NCBI RefSeq assembly: GCF_006345805.1
Contig: NC_043000.1
Coordinates: 21,266,001-21,330,000, forward strand
Length of the DNA: 64,000 bases
Origin: Octopus sinensis
Lineage: Eukaryota
Direction of reading: 5' to 3'
Positions 24,019-37,020 of the stretch are shown here, one piece after another. The position numbers and the translations under genes are program-made. A model generated the notes under the pieces. The model made no database searches and was not told the DNA's origin. It was given only the letters and a program-made list of their open reading frames with translations. Positions within the stretch are counted from its first letter, which is position 1, and each line of letters starts with the position of its first letter.

Positions 24019-24499
24019 TCTTCTCTTTCCTCTGATCCTTTGGTCTAGTCTTCCACTACCCTCCTATTTCTTTGTCTCGCTCTGCACTCACAGGTCATTC
24101 TTCGACACCCATCCCTTCTCCTCTCTGATTCCTTCTTTCTCTCTCTTCTCTCTCTTTGTTGCGTTTTGTTCCCCTTTCTCTCTCTCTCTCTTCCTTTGCT
24201 TCTCTTTCTTTTCTTTTCCCTCTTCTCTGTCACGTGACTGTTGGCCGAAATCTGCCTTTCAGCTCCTGACCCTCGTCGTGTTAACATCGTTGTTTTTCGT
24301 CCGCCGCTATAAAGGCTTTTTCCAATGCGCCAGAGAAAAAATTTGTTTGCTTGTTATCAGTCGTAAGACACTTGTTGTTTTCACCGTTAATGCTTCTGTA
24401 TTTCATGTTTCTGTATTCCATTATTGTTTTTTGTTTTTTTTTTTATATCTGTCCCTTTTGCTGTCCTGGTGTTCGTATGCATTCGATCCTTCTTCCAGG

Positions 24500-24716
24500 A
24501 AATCTACGCTTCCAGCTTAGTTTTTCTAATGCTCGTTGCTTAGTTTTTCTTGGAGGGCTGGCCGTGATCTAGTAATCTCAAGATTAATCAGCCGAAATTA
24601 CTACGATGATCCGGTTCTTGACTGAAGACTGAGGGGTTCGAATGTCCTGTCCATGTTTATTGTATCGTCTTCTAAGAGTTATACGTTCTTGTCCATGTTG
24701 TATTTTTCTACATACC

Positions 24717-24720
<4 letters not shown>
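24500..24720 (+). mobile_element. Penelope-like terminal fragment
   Basis: Homologous to 6700-6960 (minus) and to the small inverted element at ~8118-8205; abuts (TA)n. Confidence 0.5.
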
Positions 24721-24795
<75 letters not shown>

Positions 24796-24798
<3 letters not shown>

Positions 24799-26070
24799 GG
24801 ATTGGACAAAATAATGGAAACACCTTGAAATTTCAAATAAATTTATTTTAATATGGGGTAGGACCGCCTTTGGTAGTAATTACAGCTTGAAATCTTCGAA
24901 GTATGAACTCGTACAAAGTTTAAATTGTTTCCGAAGGAATTTTTGTCCATTCTTCAGCTAAAACAGTCTACAGTTCTTGTAGTGATGATGGTGGAGGATT
25001 TCGACTCCTTAATTGTTTTTTTAAATGCACCATAAATGTTCAATAATATTGAGATCTGAGGACTGTGGTGGCCAGGTAAGATGTTCAACTTCACTAGAGT
25101 GTTCCTCGTGCCATTCAGTAATAACTTTACCTGTGTGAATTGGTGCATTATCATCCTGAAAGATTGCGTTTCCCTCCGAAAACAGTTCCGCAACCATATG
25201 ATGAATTTGATTAGATAAAATGCTTAAACAGTCTTGACTATTAATTCTGCCATGAAGGGAAACCATTGGGCCGGCGGATTTCCAAGATATAGCCCCCAAA
25301 TCATCACAGATCCTCCTCCATCTTTAACAGTTGGAATAAGGCAGTCCGGGTCAAATGCTGCTTTTGTCTTTTTCCACACATACACTCGGCCGATGGTTGG
25401 AAATAAAGTAAAAAATGACTCGTCCGAGAAAGTAACTCTCTTCCACTGCTCTAGGGACCAATTCTGTAGGTTTTTACTCCACTCTTTGCAACGTTTGTTT
25501 TTGAAAGCAGTGGTTTTCTGATTGCAACCCTCCCATGAAATCCGACTTTGTGCTGCTCCCACTGAACAGCTTTTGTGGAAACTGGGTTCTCAAGGTAGTC
25601 ATTAAGCTCTGCAGTCATTTTAGGATCTATACTTTTGTGATCCTTTCTAACAATTAGCGTAAGATTCCGACGATCGCTATCTGAAAGTTTTGGTTTTCCT
25701 CCGGAGTTTTGTTTCAACGAGGAGGTTCTTTTCCTTCTTTCTCAAAGGCTGTCATTACTTTCGAGACAGTACGTCTTGATACAGCAAACATTTCGGCTGT
25801 TTTCGTTGCGCTAGCGCCTACCATACGAGCATCAACAATTTGACCTCTTTGAAAGTCTGATAGATCTGTCATTTTAATGAATTTTAATTACCTTTTTCTG
25901 ATGATATCTGAAAAGAAACATCAATTTTAGCAAAACGTATACAACGTTATTAGCAACACTAATAACAAATCAAAAACCATAAAAATAAACAAGCTTTTGA
26001 CGGTTTTCTAGATATATCAAAATTATGATATTATGATGCCAGGTGTTTCCATTATTTTGTCCAACCCCTG
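24796..26070 (-). mobile_element. Tc1-family (DD34E-type) transposon, full length, frameshifted
   Basis: TIR caggg(g)(a/t)tggacaaaataatggaaacacct, TA flanks. Transposase 25872-24848 with FSDES, GGSVMIWG, FQDDNAPIH and WPPQSSDLNIIEHLW. Confidence 0.95.
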
Positions 26071-26089
26071 TAAATATATATATATATAG

Positions 26090-26148
<59 letters not shown>

Positions 26149-26156
26149 AATGATAA

Positions 26157-26369
26157 TAATGGTACTTTACAAGTTTGAAGCTTATAATATCACTATTATA
26201 TCACTATTAGACTAAGGAAAATAGTCTAATAATGCGGCATATAAGTCCTCGACATGAAAAAGTTGGTTTACCCATTCGCGTCACATGCGTAACAGGAATG
26301 CCATTAGACGACTTCCCTTAGTCATTGCACGGTGATCGCTATAAGCTTCAAACTTATAAAATACCATTA
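26157..26369. mobile_element. Small MITE with ~30-bp TIR
   Basis: taatggtactttacaagtttgaagcttata versus tataagcttcaaacttataaaataccatta. Confidence 0.75.
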
Positions 26370-26454
26370 ATATTATTTACAGGATTGTAAAACTCGACGT
26401 CGCTTGACAAAACCATTCGCACCGAAAGCATATATATGTGTGCGTGTGTGTATG

Positions 26455-26489
<35 letters not shown>

Positions 26490-26500
26490 GCATATATCTA

Positions 26501-26552
<52 letters not shown>

Positions 26553-26556
<4 letters not shown>

Positions 26557-27812
26557 GTTGGTGCAAAAGTAATGCCCGATTTCTAGAAAAAATGTTTCAG
26601 AGAGAGAATTTATCAATTTTTTTACCTTTTGTTATAGTTTTAAGATATCTCTGTTTCTAATTTGTACTATTTTCTTTCAGATTATCTAACTTCTGGCCAT
26701 AATTCTCAGAAAATGTTACCACCTTGTTTCTCCCATCTAAATATCACATAAGAAATATTTTACTCTACGAGTTTCATAAAGGTTTTAATGCAAGTGCGGC
26801 AGCAAGATCCATTCAGAGCACTTATGAGGATGATGTAGTGAATGAAAGAAGTTGTAGGAGGTGGTTTTCCCGTCCCCAAAGTGGTGGTTTCACTTTGAAA
26901 GTAGAGCCAAAAGAGTATCGTCCAAAAAAAAATTGATTCCGAAATGTTGGAACTCTTGTTTCAGAGAACCCTATCGTTACCACTAGGGAACTTGCAGAAC
27001 AGTTAAACGTGGCCCATACAACCGTGGTACGCCAGCTAAAACACATTGGAAAGGTTTCAGTGGCTGGGAAACGGGTCCCTCATGAGCTGTCTCCAGAGAA
27101 ACGACTACAGCGTGCTGCTTGTTGTCAATCATCAAACAACATTTTTAGACAGGCTTGTTACAAGTGATGTGAAATAGATTCGTTACCATAATATTAAACG
27201 CCGCCGTTCTTGGATGAGTCGAGGAGGATGGCCAGTTCAACAACAGAGAGCAGGATTTCATCCAAAGAAAATCATATTGAGTGTATGGTGGGATATTAAA
27301 GGAGTAATCCATTATGAACTGTGGACAACAACCAAGCAATTAATGCTAATCTTTACTGTGAGCAACTTCGTCCTTTGAAAACAGTTCTGAGCCAAAAGCG
27401 AGCGTCCTTGGTTAACAGAAAAGGTGCCATCTTCCATCGCGATAATGCTCGTCTTCACACAGCTCGACTGATCAAAACTCTCTTGGAAGAACTTAATTGG
27501 GAAATACTGCCTCATCCTCCATATTCTCCTGACCTTACTCCTTCTGATTACCATTTGTTCCGAGGACTACAGAACCATTTTGATGGACTTAGGTTAACAA
27601 CAAGAGAAAAGAATGAAAATGAGTTGGATTCATATTTTGGTTCTAAATCTACAGAATTTTACAAGCGAGGCATTTATAAGGTTGTTGAAAGATGGAATGG
27701 GGTGATTGAAAGCAATGGAGAGTATGTTAATGAATAGATATTTCCATAGTCATTGGTTTATTCCTTTTTGCCTTAGATCTTTAAATCGGACATTACTTTT
27801 TCACCAACCTGA
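26553..27812 (+). mobile_element. mariner (DD34D) transposon, full length, decayed
   Basis: TIR tcaggttggtg(c/a)aaaagtaatg(c/t)ccgattt; HIRNILLYEF...WVPHEL...FHRDNARLH...HPPYSPDLTPSDYHLF. Confidence 0.95.
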
Positions 27813-27877
27813 TGTGTGTGTATGTGTATACATATTATATTGCCCTCCACATATACATATGTGTGTGTGTGGAGGTG

Positions 27878-28590
27878 TGAAGGCGCATGGCTCAGTGGTT
27901 AGAGCGTCGAGCTTACGATCGTGTGGTTGTGAGTTCGATTCCCGGAGCGGGCTGCGTGTTGTGTTCTTGAGCAAGACACTTTATTTCACGTGGCTCCAGT
28001 TAACTCAGCTGTAGAAATGAGTTGCAACATCACTGGTACCAAGCTGTATCGGCTTTTGTCTTTCCCTTGGATAACATCAGTGGTGTGGAGAGGGTAGGCT
28101 GGTATACATGGGCGACTGCTGGTCTTCCATAAAAAATCTTGCCCAAACTTTACCTCAGAAGGTAACTTTCTAGGTGCAATCCCATGGTCATTCATGACCG
28201 AAGAGGGTCTCCCCCTGTGTGGAGGTACAATGGCCCAGTGGTTAGGGCAGCGATCTCGCGATCATAGGATCGCGGTTTCGATTCCCAAACCGGGCATTGT
28301 GAGAGTTTATTGAGCGAAAACACGAGGCTCCGGCAGGATGTGGTGACGAACCCTGCTGTACTCTTTCACTACAAATTCCTCTCACTCTGTCTTCCTGTTT
28401 CTGTTGTGTCTGTATTTCAAAGAGCACTGAATCTCCCTATGTTAAGGGTACACGTGACTGTGGAGTGTTCAACCACTTGCACGTTAATTTCACGAGTAGG
28501 CTATGCCGTTGATTGGATCAACTGGAAACCTCGTCGTATCCGACGGAGTGCCGTAGTAATATGCGTGTATGTGTGTGTGTGTGTGTGTGT

Positions 28591-28638
<48 letters not shown>

Positions 28639-29110
28639 TCCCCACCAACATAGCTTGACAACCAATGTTGGTGTGTTTATATCCCAGTTGTCTAGCGGTT
28701 CGGCAAAAGAGACCGAGAGAATAAGTACTAGGCTTACAAAGAATAAGTCTTGGAGTCGATTTGCTCAACTAAAAGCGGTGCTCCAGCATGGCCGCAGTCA
28801 AACGACTCAAACTAATAAAAGAATAAAGGAATTTCATAACGTTGGTCAAGGAAGTTACCAGGGATTCGTCTGGAAGAACCTTACTATTTTTCATCGCTTA
28901 GATATAGAAGAAAGTGAAGACGTGTGGTTCAGTGGTTTGGGCGTTGCACTCCCGATCGCTAGAATGTGATTTCGGTTCTTGAACCGGGTGGTGTTTTGTG
29001 TTCTTGAGCAAAACGCTTCTTTTCACGTTGCTACTCTTCCTCCTCCTCAATTGTAAATAAGGAACCCTGCAACGTACTAGCGTCCCGTTTAGAAAGAAAG
29101 TTGTGATCTT
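27878..29110 (+). mobile_element. Chain of SINEs (C-type heads at ~27878, 28215, 28905; B-type tail ~28635-28815)
   Basis: Repeated ggc(t/c)cagtggttag...ttcgattccc heads, and a family B tail after (GT)n. Confidence 0.8.
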
Positions 29111-29901
29111 GGTTACTTGTACGCCATCGGAACCGGGTAAGTGTCCCTCTGAATCCTAGGACTCGAGACAGTACTTACTTTCTTTTTTTTTTTCTTTTTC
29201 TTTTTTTGGCATAGAAAAAAATGGCAAATCATCACCATTACTGAGTCTCCGAGACATGTGAGGAGGAAAGCAAAAGTTATTTTCAAATCGGAGTCTTCGT
29301 TCAAATGCTTACAATAGCGGTCACCATAGGAGACCTGATATGCGCAGTGACGGTGATAGTTTGGTAAAGGTCACATTTTGTGGTGAGAAAGAGTACAAGA
29401 TATTTGAAGTGTCCGTGTGTCGGTTAAGGATGCGTGCAGCGGATGAAATAAATTGATGTAAAGAATAGGGAAATTGTAAGAGATTCGGTTACTACATTAG
29501 CGACACCAGTTCGAAAGGAGTATGGAAGCTGTGAGCATTAAAAGGGGCTGTGAGCATTAAAATTACTGAAGGGTAACTTCAGGTGGTAACTTCACGCCTC
29601 AATGGCAGTGAATTAAAGTAGTTGTCCTTGATGCAGAAAGTGATATAGTTGAACATCCCAGGGGCGGACCCAAGGAGGAGCCTGAGGGGCATGTTCCCCT
29701 GCCTCAAGAATAATGTTATTACGCCCTTTTCTCCTGGAATTGTATTCCCTTCTAACCTTGTGCCCTTCCATCGAAAAATTCCTGGTGATTGCAGAAGTTG
29801 GCGATTGTGTTTGTCCCCCCAACATTTCTTGACAATCGATGTTGGTGTGTTTACGTCAAAAGAGACCGATAGAATAGGTACTAGGCTTACAAAGAATAAG
29901 T

Positions 29902-30379
29902 CCTCACACAAACCTATAAACAATACCTTCACTAACATGTCAACCAGCTAACACGTCAACCAGTTTCCTTTTAGGAGAAACATAACAAAAGCAATATAAA
30001 ACCACACACACACACACAAACTTCCCACTGCACCCCTCAGTCCTCCCCATCCCCCGACACAGACTGAAACAGACACTCACACGTCCTCTTTGCATTCGTC
30101 TTACACACACACACATGACCGTGCTACTATGTGCAAATCAAAAACCTAAATGAACATGACTGGAAAAAAATTCATGCTCTGATACACAATACACACACAC
30201 ACATGACCGTGCTACTATGTGCAAATCAAAAACCTAAATGAACATGACTGGAAAAAAATTCATGCTCTGATACACAATACACACACACACATGACCGTGC
30301 TACTATGTGCAAATCAAAAACCTAAATGAACATGACTGGAAAAAAATTCATGCTCTGATACACAATACACACACACACA
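29902..30379 (+). repeat. (CA)n-separated modular repeat A-B-C-C-C
   Basis: Module C (88-bp period) occurs three times; modules shared with 37590-38915. Confidence 0.92.
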
Positions 30380-30474
30380 AAAGAATACGTGCGTGAGTTG
30401 TTTAGTGCGAAACCTATTGGTAAGATCAGCCGTGATGCATATATGATACTGTACTTTTTGAATAATATATGTAA

Positions 30475-30706
30475 GGCGGCGAGATGGCCGAAACGTTAGC
30501 ACGCCGGGCGAAATACTTAGCGGCATTTCGTCTGCTGTTGCGTTCTGAGTTCAAATTCCGCCAAGGTTGACTTTGCCTTTCATCCTTTCAGGGTCGATAA
30601 ATTAAGTACCACTTAATTACTGGGGGTCGATGTAATCGACTTAATCTCCTTATCTGTCCTTGTTTGTTCCCTCTATGTTTAGCACCCTGTGGGCAATAAG
30701 AAAATA
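30475..30706 (+). mobile_element. SINE family A
   Basis: Full head-to-tail match. Confidence 0.9.
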
Positions 30707-30813
30707 AATATATATGTGTGTGTGTGTGTGCGTGCGTGTGAGTGAGTGAAATAAAATGAGACTACAAAGCCAAGGCTGTGAGGAATTTTCAGGAAATTTA
30801 TAAAGAGAAAGTT

Positions 30814-30864
30814 AGTCTTACAGCTGTTTCTGTGATATTAGGGATATCCCTTCATCAGAGAGGC
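30814..30864 (-). ncRNA. Minimal type I hammerhead-like motif (decayed helix II)
   Basis: tct-CTGATGA-agggatatccctaatatcaca-GAAAC-AGCT-GT-A-aga, with palindromic helix III ACAGCTGT. It lies at the end of a probable PLE terminal region (~30770-31400). Confidence 0.55.
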
Positions 30865-31654
30865 TGTGAGATGGTTATACTGAGGGAAATAGTAGAGTTC
30901 AATATAAGGAGTTATTTTGGAAAGAGAAGAAAATAAGGAGTATAAAGAGAAATAGGAGAATGAATGTGGAAATAAAAGTAAAAATAAAAAATATGTATAA
31001 AGATGTAATAGTTGCAGTTCCATTATCCAAGGGAAGTGGTGTGTAGAAGTGGTAGAAATGCTTCTTGTCCGTGAAATGTAAATTCCAATAGTTCATATTT
31101 TGTCGTTACAAATAGAAAGTGTGGAGATGTGGATTCCATGTGCTGTTCATTCAAAGGGTCTTGAAGTGTGAATGAAAATTTGAGAATGTAGCCGTAGTAT
31201 TAAGTGGATTGAGATGGGAGATGTGTATGTTAAAATGAGGAGAGAGGTCAGAAGGAAAAGGTGAGGTAAGAAGAAGGAAAGATAGAGGAAGAGAAAATGA
31301 GAAAAAAGTGAGTGGAAGAAAGTAAAAAAGGAGTGTTTGTTGGTGGCCAAGATATTATGAGGGGAGATGGGAGAGGATTTCAGGAGGTGTCAGAAGGGAT
31401 AAGGATGTAAGTAATGAATATGTATGAGGTGTGTGAGGTGGGGTGATATGTTAGAATGGCACTAAGAGATGGGTACAGAAAAAGTATAGGAGGGAGGGGT
31501 GTTTCTAAAGTGAGTAGTAAACCTCAAAACGGAAGGGAAGAATACTAAGAATGGTCAAGTTTCTATAAATAGACATATATGTTTATTGTACTGGCTAATG
31601 TGGGTTGCGGAATCAGAGAGAAAGAAAAAAAGAAATGTATATTGATATGCGAAC

Positions 31655-32185
31655 GCTGTTGCAGTAACTGGTCCTGAAGCATGATAGCATTGCAGGGATC
31701 TTTGGCACTATGCAATGTCATCCCGTTCTGGCATTGGTGTAGCTTTCAATGCCAAAATTTGGCACAATTCCTTCCAGATATATATTACTGCATACCTCTC
31801 CCGTCTTCTCTCGAAGGAGTAGAGTCTTAGCTGTTTCAACCTTTCCCAGTAACTGAGCTGTTGCAAAGAGACGATCTTCTTTGTGAATCTTCTCTGGATT
31901 GCTTCCAGGTCCGCTGTTAATTTCACACTGGTGGGTGACCATAGCTGTGAGCAGTAATCCAGGCGGCTGAGGACGAATGTCCGCCAGAGGACCATCATGG
32001 TTTCCTTATCTCTGGTTCTGAATGTTCTTAGGATCCATCCAGCCAGTCATCTGCACTTTGTCGCCATCCTGGTAATGTGCACTTGGAAAGAGGTATCATC
32101 ACTCATGTCGATACCTAGGTCCCTCACTGACTTAGGCTCTGGGATTTAAATTCCCTGTGGACCGGTGTACCCTGTAAGTTTCATA
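31655..32185 (-). mobile_element. CR1-clade LINE 3' fragment
   Basis: SVRDLGIDMSDD...TFVLSRLDYCSQLWSP...LEAIQRRFTK...LSYWERLKQLRLYSFERRRER. Confidence 0.9.
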
Positions 32186-32355
32186 TATATATATATATAT
32201 CAAAGTGCTGGGATCGGTAGGTTACACGAAGATTAGTTACCTACATTTTATTACACTGGTATTTCAGTAAAAATTCATGTAGGCTGATAGGTTTATCTTG
32301 TAACGTTGATTTATCTCAACAGTTAAACACTGTGAAACCAATGATTCCTGCTTAC

Positions 32356-32436
32356 TGTGCAGAACAATTCTCGGGAGCAAATGACATATAAAGTTGGTAA
32401 TCACCAGAACGACTTCCACTTCGTCTTCGATGTGTG
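32356..32436 (-). CDS. Candidate exon (HIEDEVEVVLVITNFICHLLPRIVLH)
   Basis: Acceptor ttttgcgtttcctgtgattcaatcag| and donor |gtaagc; 81 nt, phase 1 to 1. Confidence 0.5.
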
Positions 32437-32927
32437 CTGATTGAATCACAGGAAACGCAAAGATGATATAAATCAATGTTTTGAATAATCGATACTAAAT
32501 TTACTCTTGAGGGAAATTACGAGGAAATCTGCTTATTCCACATTGAACTTTAAAACGATGATTATTCTTCTAGGGTGCTAATGTCACTTAGCCCCCCACC
32601 ACCACTAGATCGTCTCTGTTGGAGTAAATCCATGATTTAAGACATTCCAGCAATGACTATCCCATCTTTTAGAGATATCTAGGAAAGACTACATTTTTCT
32701 GTCTGCTATTCAAATTCCATGCAACTGTACGATGTAATTTGGTCTTGTCCAGGCGACCCTGCAGAGGTTGATTGAGCCTAGATCTATATTCAAGTGGCAT
32801 TTTACTGACCGACCCCTTTTGCAGGATTTCCACAGCCAAGTATTAGTGATGCACATTAAATGAGTATGTATTGTATACAAATGGCTACAGTATTTTAATT
32901 TTAGAGAGAAAAAAAAACTAAGCAATT

Positions 32928-33240
32928 GCAGCGTGGAGGGTGTTTGTAAGCCATTTAAGAAACACACAAAAGCTGTTCGATTCACTTCAACATTTAAGTT
33001 TAATTTGTCAAAATATTTTCGTCGCTAAAATCCGCGACCTGTTCGCTGACAAAAATCCATGCTGTCAGTGAACAGGTCGCGGTCTTAAAGCGACGATAAT
33101 ATTTTGACAAATTAAAACTTAAATGTTGAAGTGAATCGAACGGCTTTTGTGTGTTTCTTAAATGGCTTACAAACACCTTCTACGCTGCAATTGTTTTCGT
33201 TTCAGCACACGATCAAATCACTTGCTATGCAAGTACATCT
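32928..33240. mobile_element. Foldback/long-TIR MITE, copy 2
   Basis: Long inverted arms around a short loop near 33055; homologous to 17740-18063. Confidence 0.8.
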
Positions 33241-33439
33241 CCATAATTAAAAAAAAAACTAAAAAAAAACACAAAAGATAAAAAACACATGGGGTTCTTT
33301 TCTTGCGCTATGTCACAGCAGAAAAACATGTTCATTTAATTTTGTAGTTAGGAGAATTAGTTTTAAGCTTCTTGATGTTTTACACAGATACAAATAAAAT
33401 GAAATCATGAGATTTAACCGGTTTATTCAAATCACCTGT

Positions 33440-33860
33440 TTGTTGAAACTAGATACCATTTTGGCTTCTAAGGCCACAAGGCTGCTCATTTTACTGGAGT
33501 TAAATGTACCCTAAAAGAAAGGATCTATGAGGCACAAGAGATAAAGTGGGTGAAGTGCCATGAGTTGGTGGAGAACTGCTGCAAGAATGAATAGAGGATC
33601 AGGTACATGCCAGTGGAGGTAGACAATCAGAGATTTGCAAATTGTTCCCTTAGTAAGGCCTATGGATCCCTGGGCATTGTGGGAATGAGCAAAAAGTCAA
33701 TAACAAGATCATAGAAGCAACAACAAATGTAGCTAGATGACTTGAGCTTAAGAGGTGGCTACAGGATCAATAGAACCCCATTTGAATACAGACTTGTTTG
33801 GCCTCTGTGGAGTCACCTGTACAAGAACCAAAACATCCAGTGACACCAGGACATAATATA
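33440..33860 (+). mobile_element. HERO-like RLE non-LTR retrotransposon 3' fragment
   Basis: LDTILASKATRLLILLELNVP*..RIYEAQEIK...MPVEV...AYGSLGIVG (PD..ELTVPWE-type RLE), followed by a 3' UTR. Confidence 0.7.
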
Positions 33861-33949
33861 AGTGTCCAGTCCTCAGTCAAACTGTCTAACCCATGCCAGC
33901 ATGGAAAGCAGACGTTAAACAACAATGATGATGACTGATGTATCATAAA

Positions 33950-34660
33950 ATCATGCACTTTAAAAGTTTTTCTTTCTCGCCAGCCAATTTCTGGAAAGAC
34001 TGTTTGCAAAGTTTTGCCATGATATTCATTTCCTGTTATTATTGACTAATTTCTGAGTTCACATGTCTGTTTGTAGCAATTTTGTGATTCTAGGTTAACC
34101 GACTGTACCATTGGCTTCTCTAACACTGTACTGTCACTTAGGCAGACGGGCCCTGTTCAAAGTGAACAATCAACATTACTTATATTAGTTGGACCTTCCC
34201 AGTGATGGACAAAGATATAACCTGAAGGGTTTCGTTTCATCTTGAAAACCAGTGGAATGTTCTGATACTACATTCAAAGAAAGAGACAAGACTGTTAATC
34301 TTGTAGATTTCAGGTGGAATGACATCAGATCCAAGACCTTTGCCATTGGTTAAAGTACCTATGGACTGTTAGATCTCATCCGCAGTAGGAAAGGTTAGCA
34401 AATGACATGTTGATCCTTACATACAGCATGTAAGATAGTGCTGCTTCACTGATAATTGAGGAGCAGCTTAGGACAATCAAATACTTTTATCTGACTTTCA
34501 AGGATTATCTCTTTGCCTATGAGCAGTGTCTATCAATTTACACCAAGGAATAGAACTCAAAGCCTGTTGGAAGTAGGAAGCTCTCAAAGCACAATAGGAA
34601 TATCTCCAATTGTTGCAACTTGTTAATAAAATAAAATAAAATAAAATTTGAAGTACAGTA
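33950..34660 (-). mobile_element. Decayed RTE-clade LINE fragment
   Basis: PTADEI*QSIGTLTNGKGLGSDVIPPEIYK, the pre-RT GKAPGxDxIP motif. Confidence 0.65.
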
Positions 34661-35188
34661 ACAATTAAAAGCAGTCAATAAAATATTCGTTTCTACTCTA
34701 GGCACAAGGCTTGAAATTTTGGGGGAGGTGGCCAGTCGATTAGATCGACTCCAGTACACAATTGGTACTTAATTTATCAACCCTGAAAGGATGAAAGGCA
34801 AAGCTGACTTTAGTGGAATTTGAACTCAGAATGTAAAGACTGACGAAATACCACTAAGCACTTCGCCCGGTATGCTAACATTTCTGCCAGCTCACCTTAA
34901 GCAGTCAATAAAATATTAACTAAAACAAAACAACAGAATTTCCAAAAATTTCAGTCTTAAATGAAACTAAATAAAAACAATTTAATGCATTCTTTTGAAA
35001 TCCAGTACATGCAGTTAAAGCAGTATTTGATTATAATAGCCATTTGTGTATCATATTTAATGTATGTACATGGTTAATAAGCCAATTACTGTAGTATTTG
35101 ACACCGAGATAACATCTCTATTCATTCTTGCCTTTTTGTGTCTTTTCAGAGGTGTGTACTCAGAGCCAGCAACATTTTCAAACAAGAA

Positions 35189-35194
35189 TTTATT
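35189..35194 (-). promoter_or_regulatory. SSR4: Candidate SSR4 polyadenylation signal AATAAA (another at 35286-35291)
   Basis: TTTATT on the plus strand, downstream of the stop codon. Confidence 0.45.
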
Positions 35195-35299
35195 ATCTCT
35201 AATATCAGAAAAGGTTAAAAAATAAAAACTTTACAAATTGCAAAATAAAAACACAAAAAAAAAATTTTAATTTTTCATACAAAATTTTATTTTCTGAAG

Positions 35300-35410
35300 C
35301 TAATTAGGGACATGAAGTTGACTTTTGGCATTGTAAGCAAAGTACCACACAAGAATGGCAACCACAGCAGCCACAAATTCACTTTGAATGTAGGCACCTT
35401 TCCAAACACC
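35300..35410 (-). CDS. SSR4: TRAP-delta exon 6 (GVWKGAYIQSEFVAAVVAILVWYFAYNAKSQLHVPN*)
   Basis: ttccag| acceptor; matches the C-terminal TM segment of SSR4 (human [34 protein letters not shown]). Confidence 0.95.
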   Translation of the reverse strand, partial: GVWKGAYIQSEFVAAVVAILVWYFAYNAKSQLHVPN

Positions 35411-36144
35411 CTGGAAATATAATGAAAAAAATATAAATAATGGCTAATTAAGTATGTTTACAATAGATAAATTATAAAAGGTAGGAACAGACATCCTTCT
35501 TAATTTAACTACACATCTCAAATAATCAAATGGAATATACTATCACATAAGCATAATAATAATTATAATAGATGCTTGGCAAGTATACAGTAATTGTCTC
35601 ATCAATCAAGCTGGGGTCAAATACATTGCAAGAATTTCTAAATTATGGAAAATCAAGGAATGAAAAGAGATTGTTGTAAGAGAGACAAATAACAGGCATC
35701 TATATTGTATGCATTTTGTTGCATCATTATAACTTGTAGTAACTAGTATATATGGCACTAACTTGAATTGTACATCATCATCATCAATCAACGTCCACTT
35801 TCCTTGCTAACATGGGTTGGATGATTTGACTGAGGACTGGTGAGCCAGAAGGCTGCACCAGGCTCCAATCTGATCTGGCAGAGTTTCTACAGCTGGATGC
35901 CCTTCCTAACGCCAACTACTCCAAGTGTAGTGGGTGCTTTTTACGTGCCACCAGCACGAGGGCCAGTCAGGCAGTACTGGCAACAGCCACGCTCAAATGG
36001 TGTTTTTTACATGCCACCTGCACAGGAGCCTTTTTAGCTTCATACAAACCAAAAAATGCTAAAACAGGTCAGTTCATCTCAAATTCTTTGTAAACTCCTA
36101 AATATATCTCCTTCTGTGTATGACTATTTTTGAACTAATGCCTT

Positions 36145-36184
<40 letters not shown>

Positions 36185-36448
36185 TACTTCCAAACAAACA
36201 TGATCTTTAATGAAATCCTAATATATTTTTTTGAAATTTTTGTTTAATATTTTCTCAATGTTTTTAACATTTTCTTATTATTATCAAAGAATGTATAACT
36301 GTTTTCTGATACTTTTGTGACAACCAGTACTTAACACAACAAAGCTTATATAAAGCTTTACATTTTACTTTTGACAATCTTTTTCTAAAAAAGTGAAACT
36401 GGTCAAGTGAATAAACATCTTTAAAATTGCATTTTCAAACCTTCTTTC

Positions 36449-36457
36449 ATATATATA

Positions 36458-36495
<38 letters not shown>

Positions 36496-36628
36496 TATAT
36501 ATATATAATATATATAGATATATTATATATATAGATAATATATATATATAGATAGATATATAATATATATATATATATATAGATTATATATATATATATA
36601 TATATAATAGATAGATATATATATAGAT

Positions 36629-36679
<51 letters not shown>

Positions 36680-36807
36680 TATATATATAGATATATATAT
36701 ATAGATATATATATAGATAGATATATATATAGATAGATATATATAGATATATATATATATAGATATAGATATATATATAATATATATATATATAGATATA
36801 TATAGAT

Positions 36808-36883
<76 letters not shown>

Positions 36884-36902
36884 GATAGATGATAGATGAT
36901 AG

Positions 36903-36955
<53 letters not shown>

Positions 36956-36962
36956 GATAGAT

Positions 36963-37018
<56 letters not shown>

Positions 37019-37020
37019 TG
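36449..37020. repeat. Long (TA)n/(TAGA)n compound microsatellite
   Basis: Directly visible. Confidence 0.98.

Noticed and set aside
24625-24655. CTGAAGA...GAAT...GTC hammerhead-like string (also ~6770-6800 minus)
   Set aside because: GAAA is replaced by GAAT in both copies and helix I cannot be formed.
29113-29345. Possible extra exon of the unidentified gene
   Set aside because: Several frames and splice sites are equally plausible; none could be chosen.
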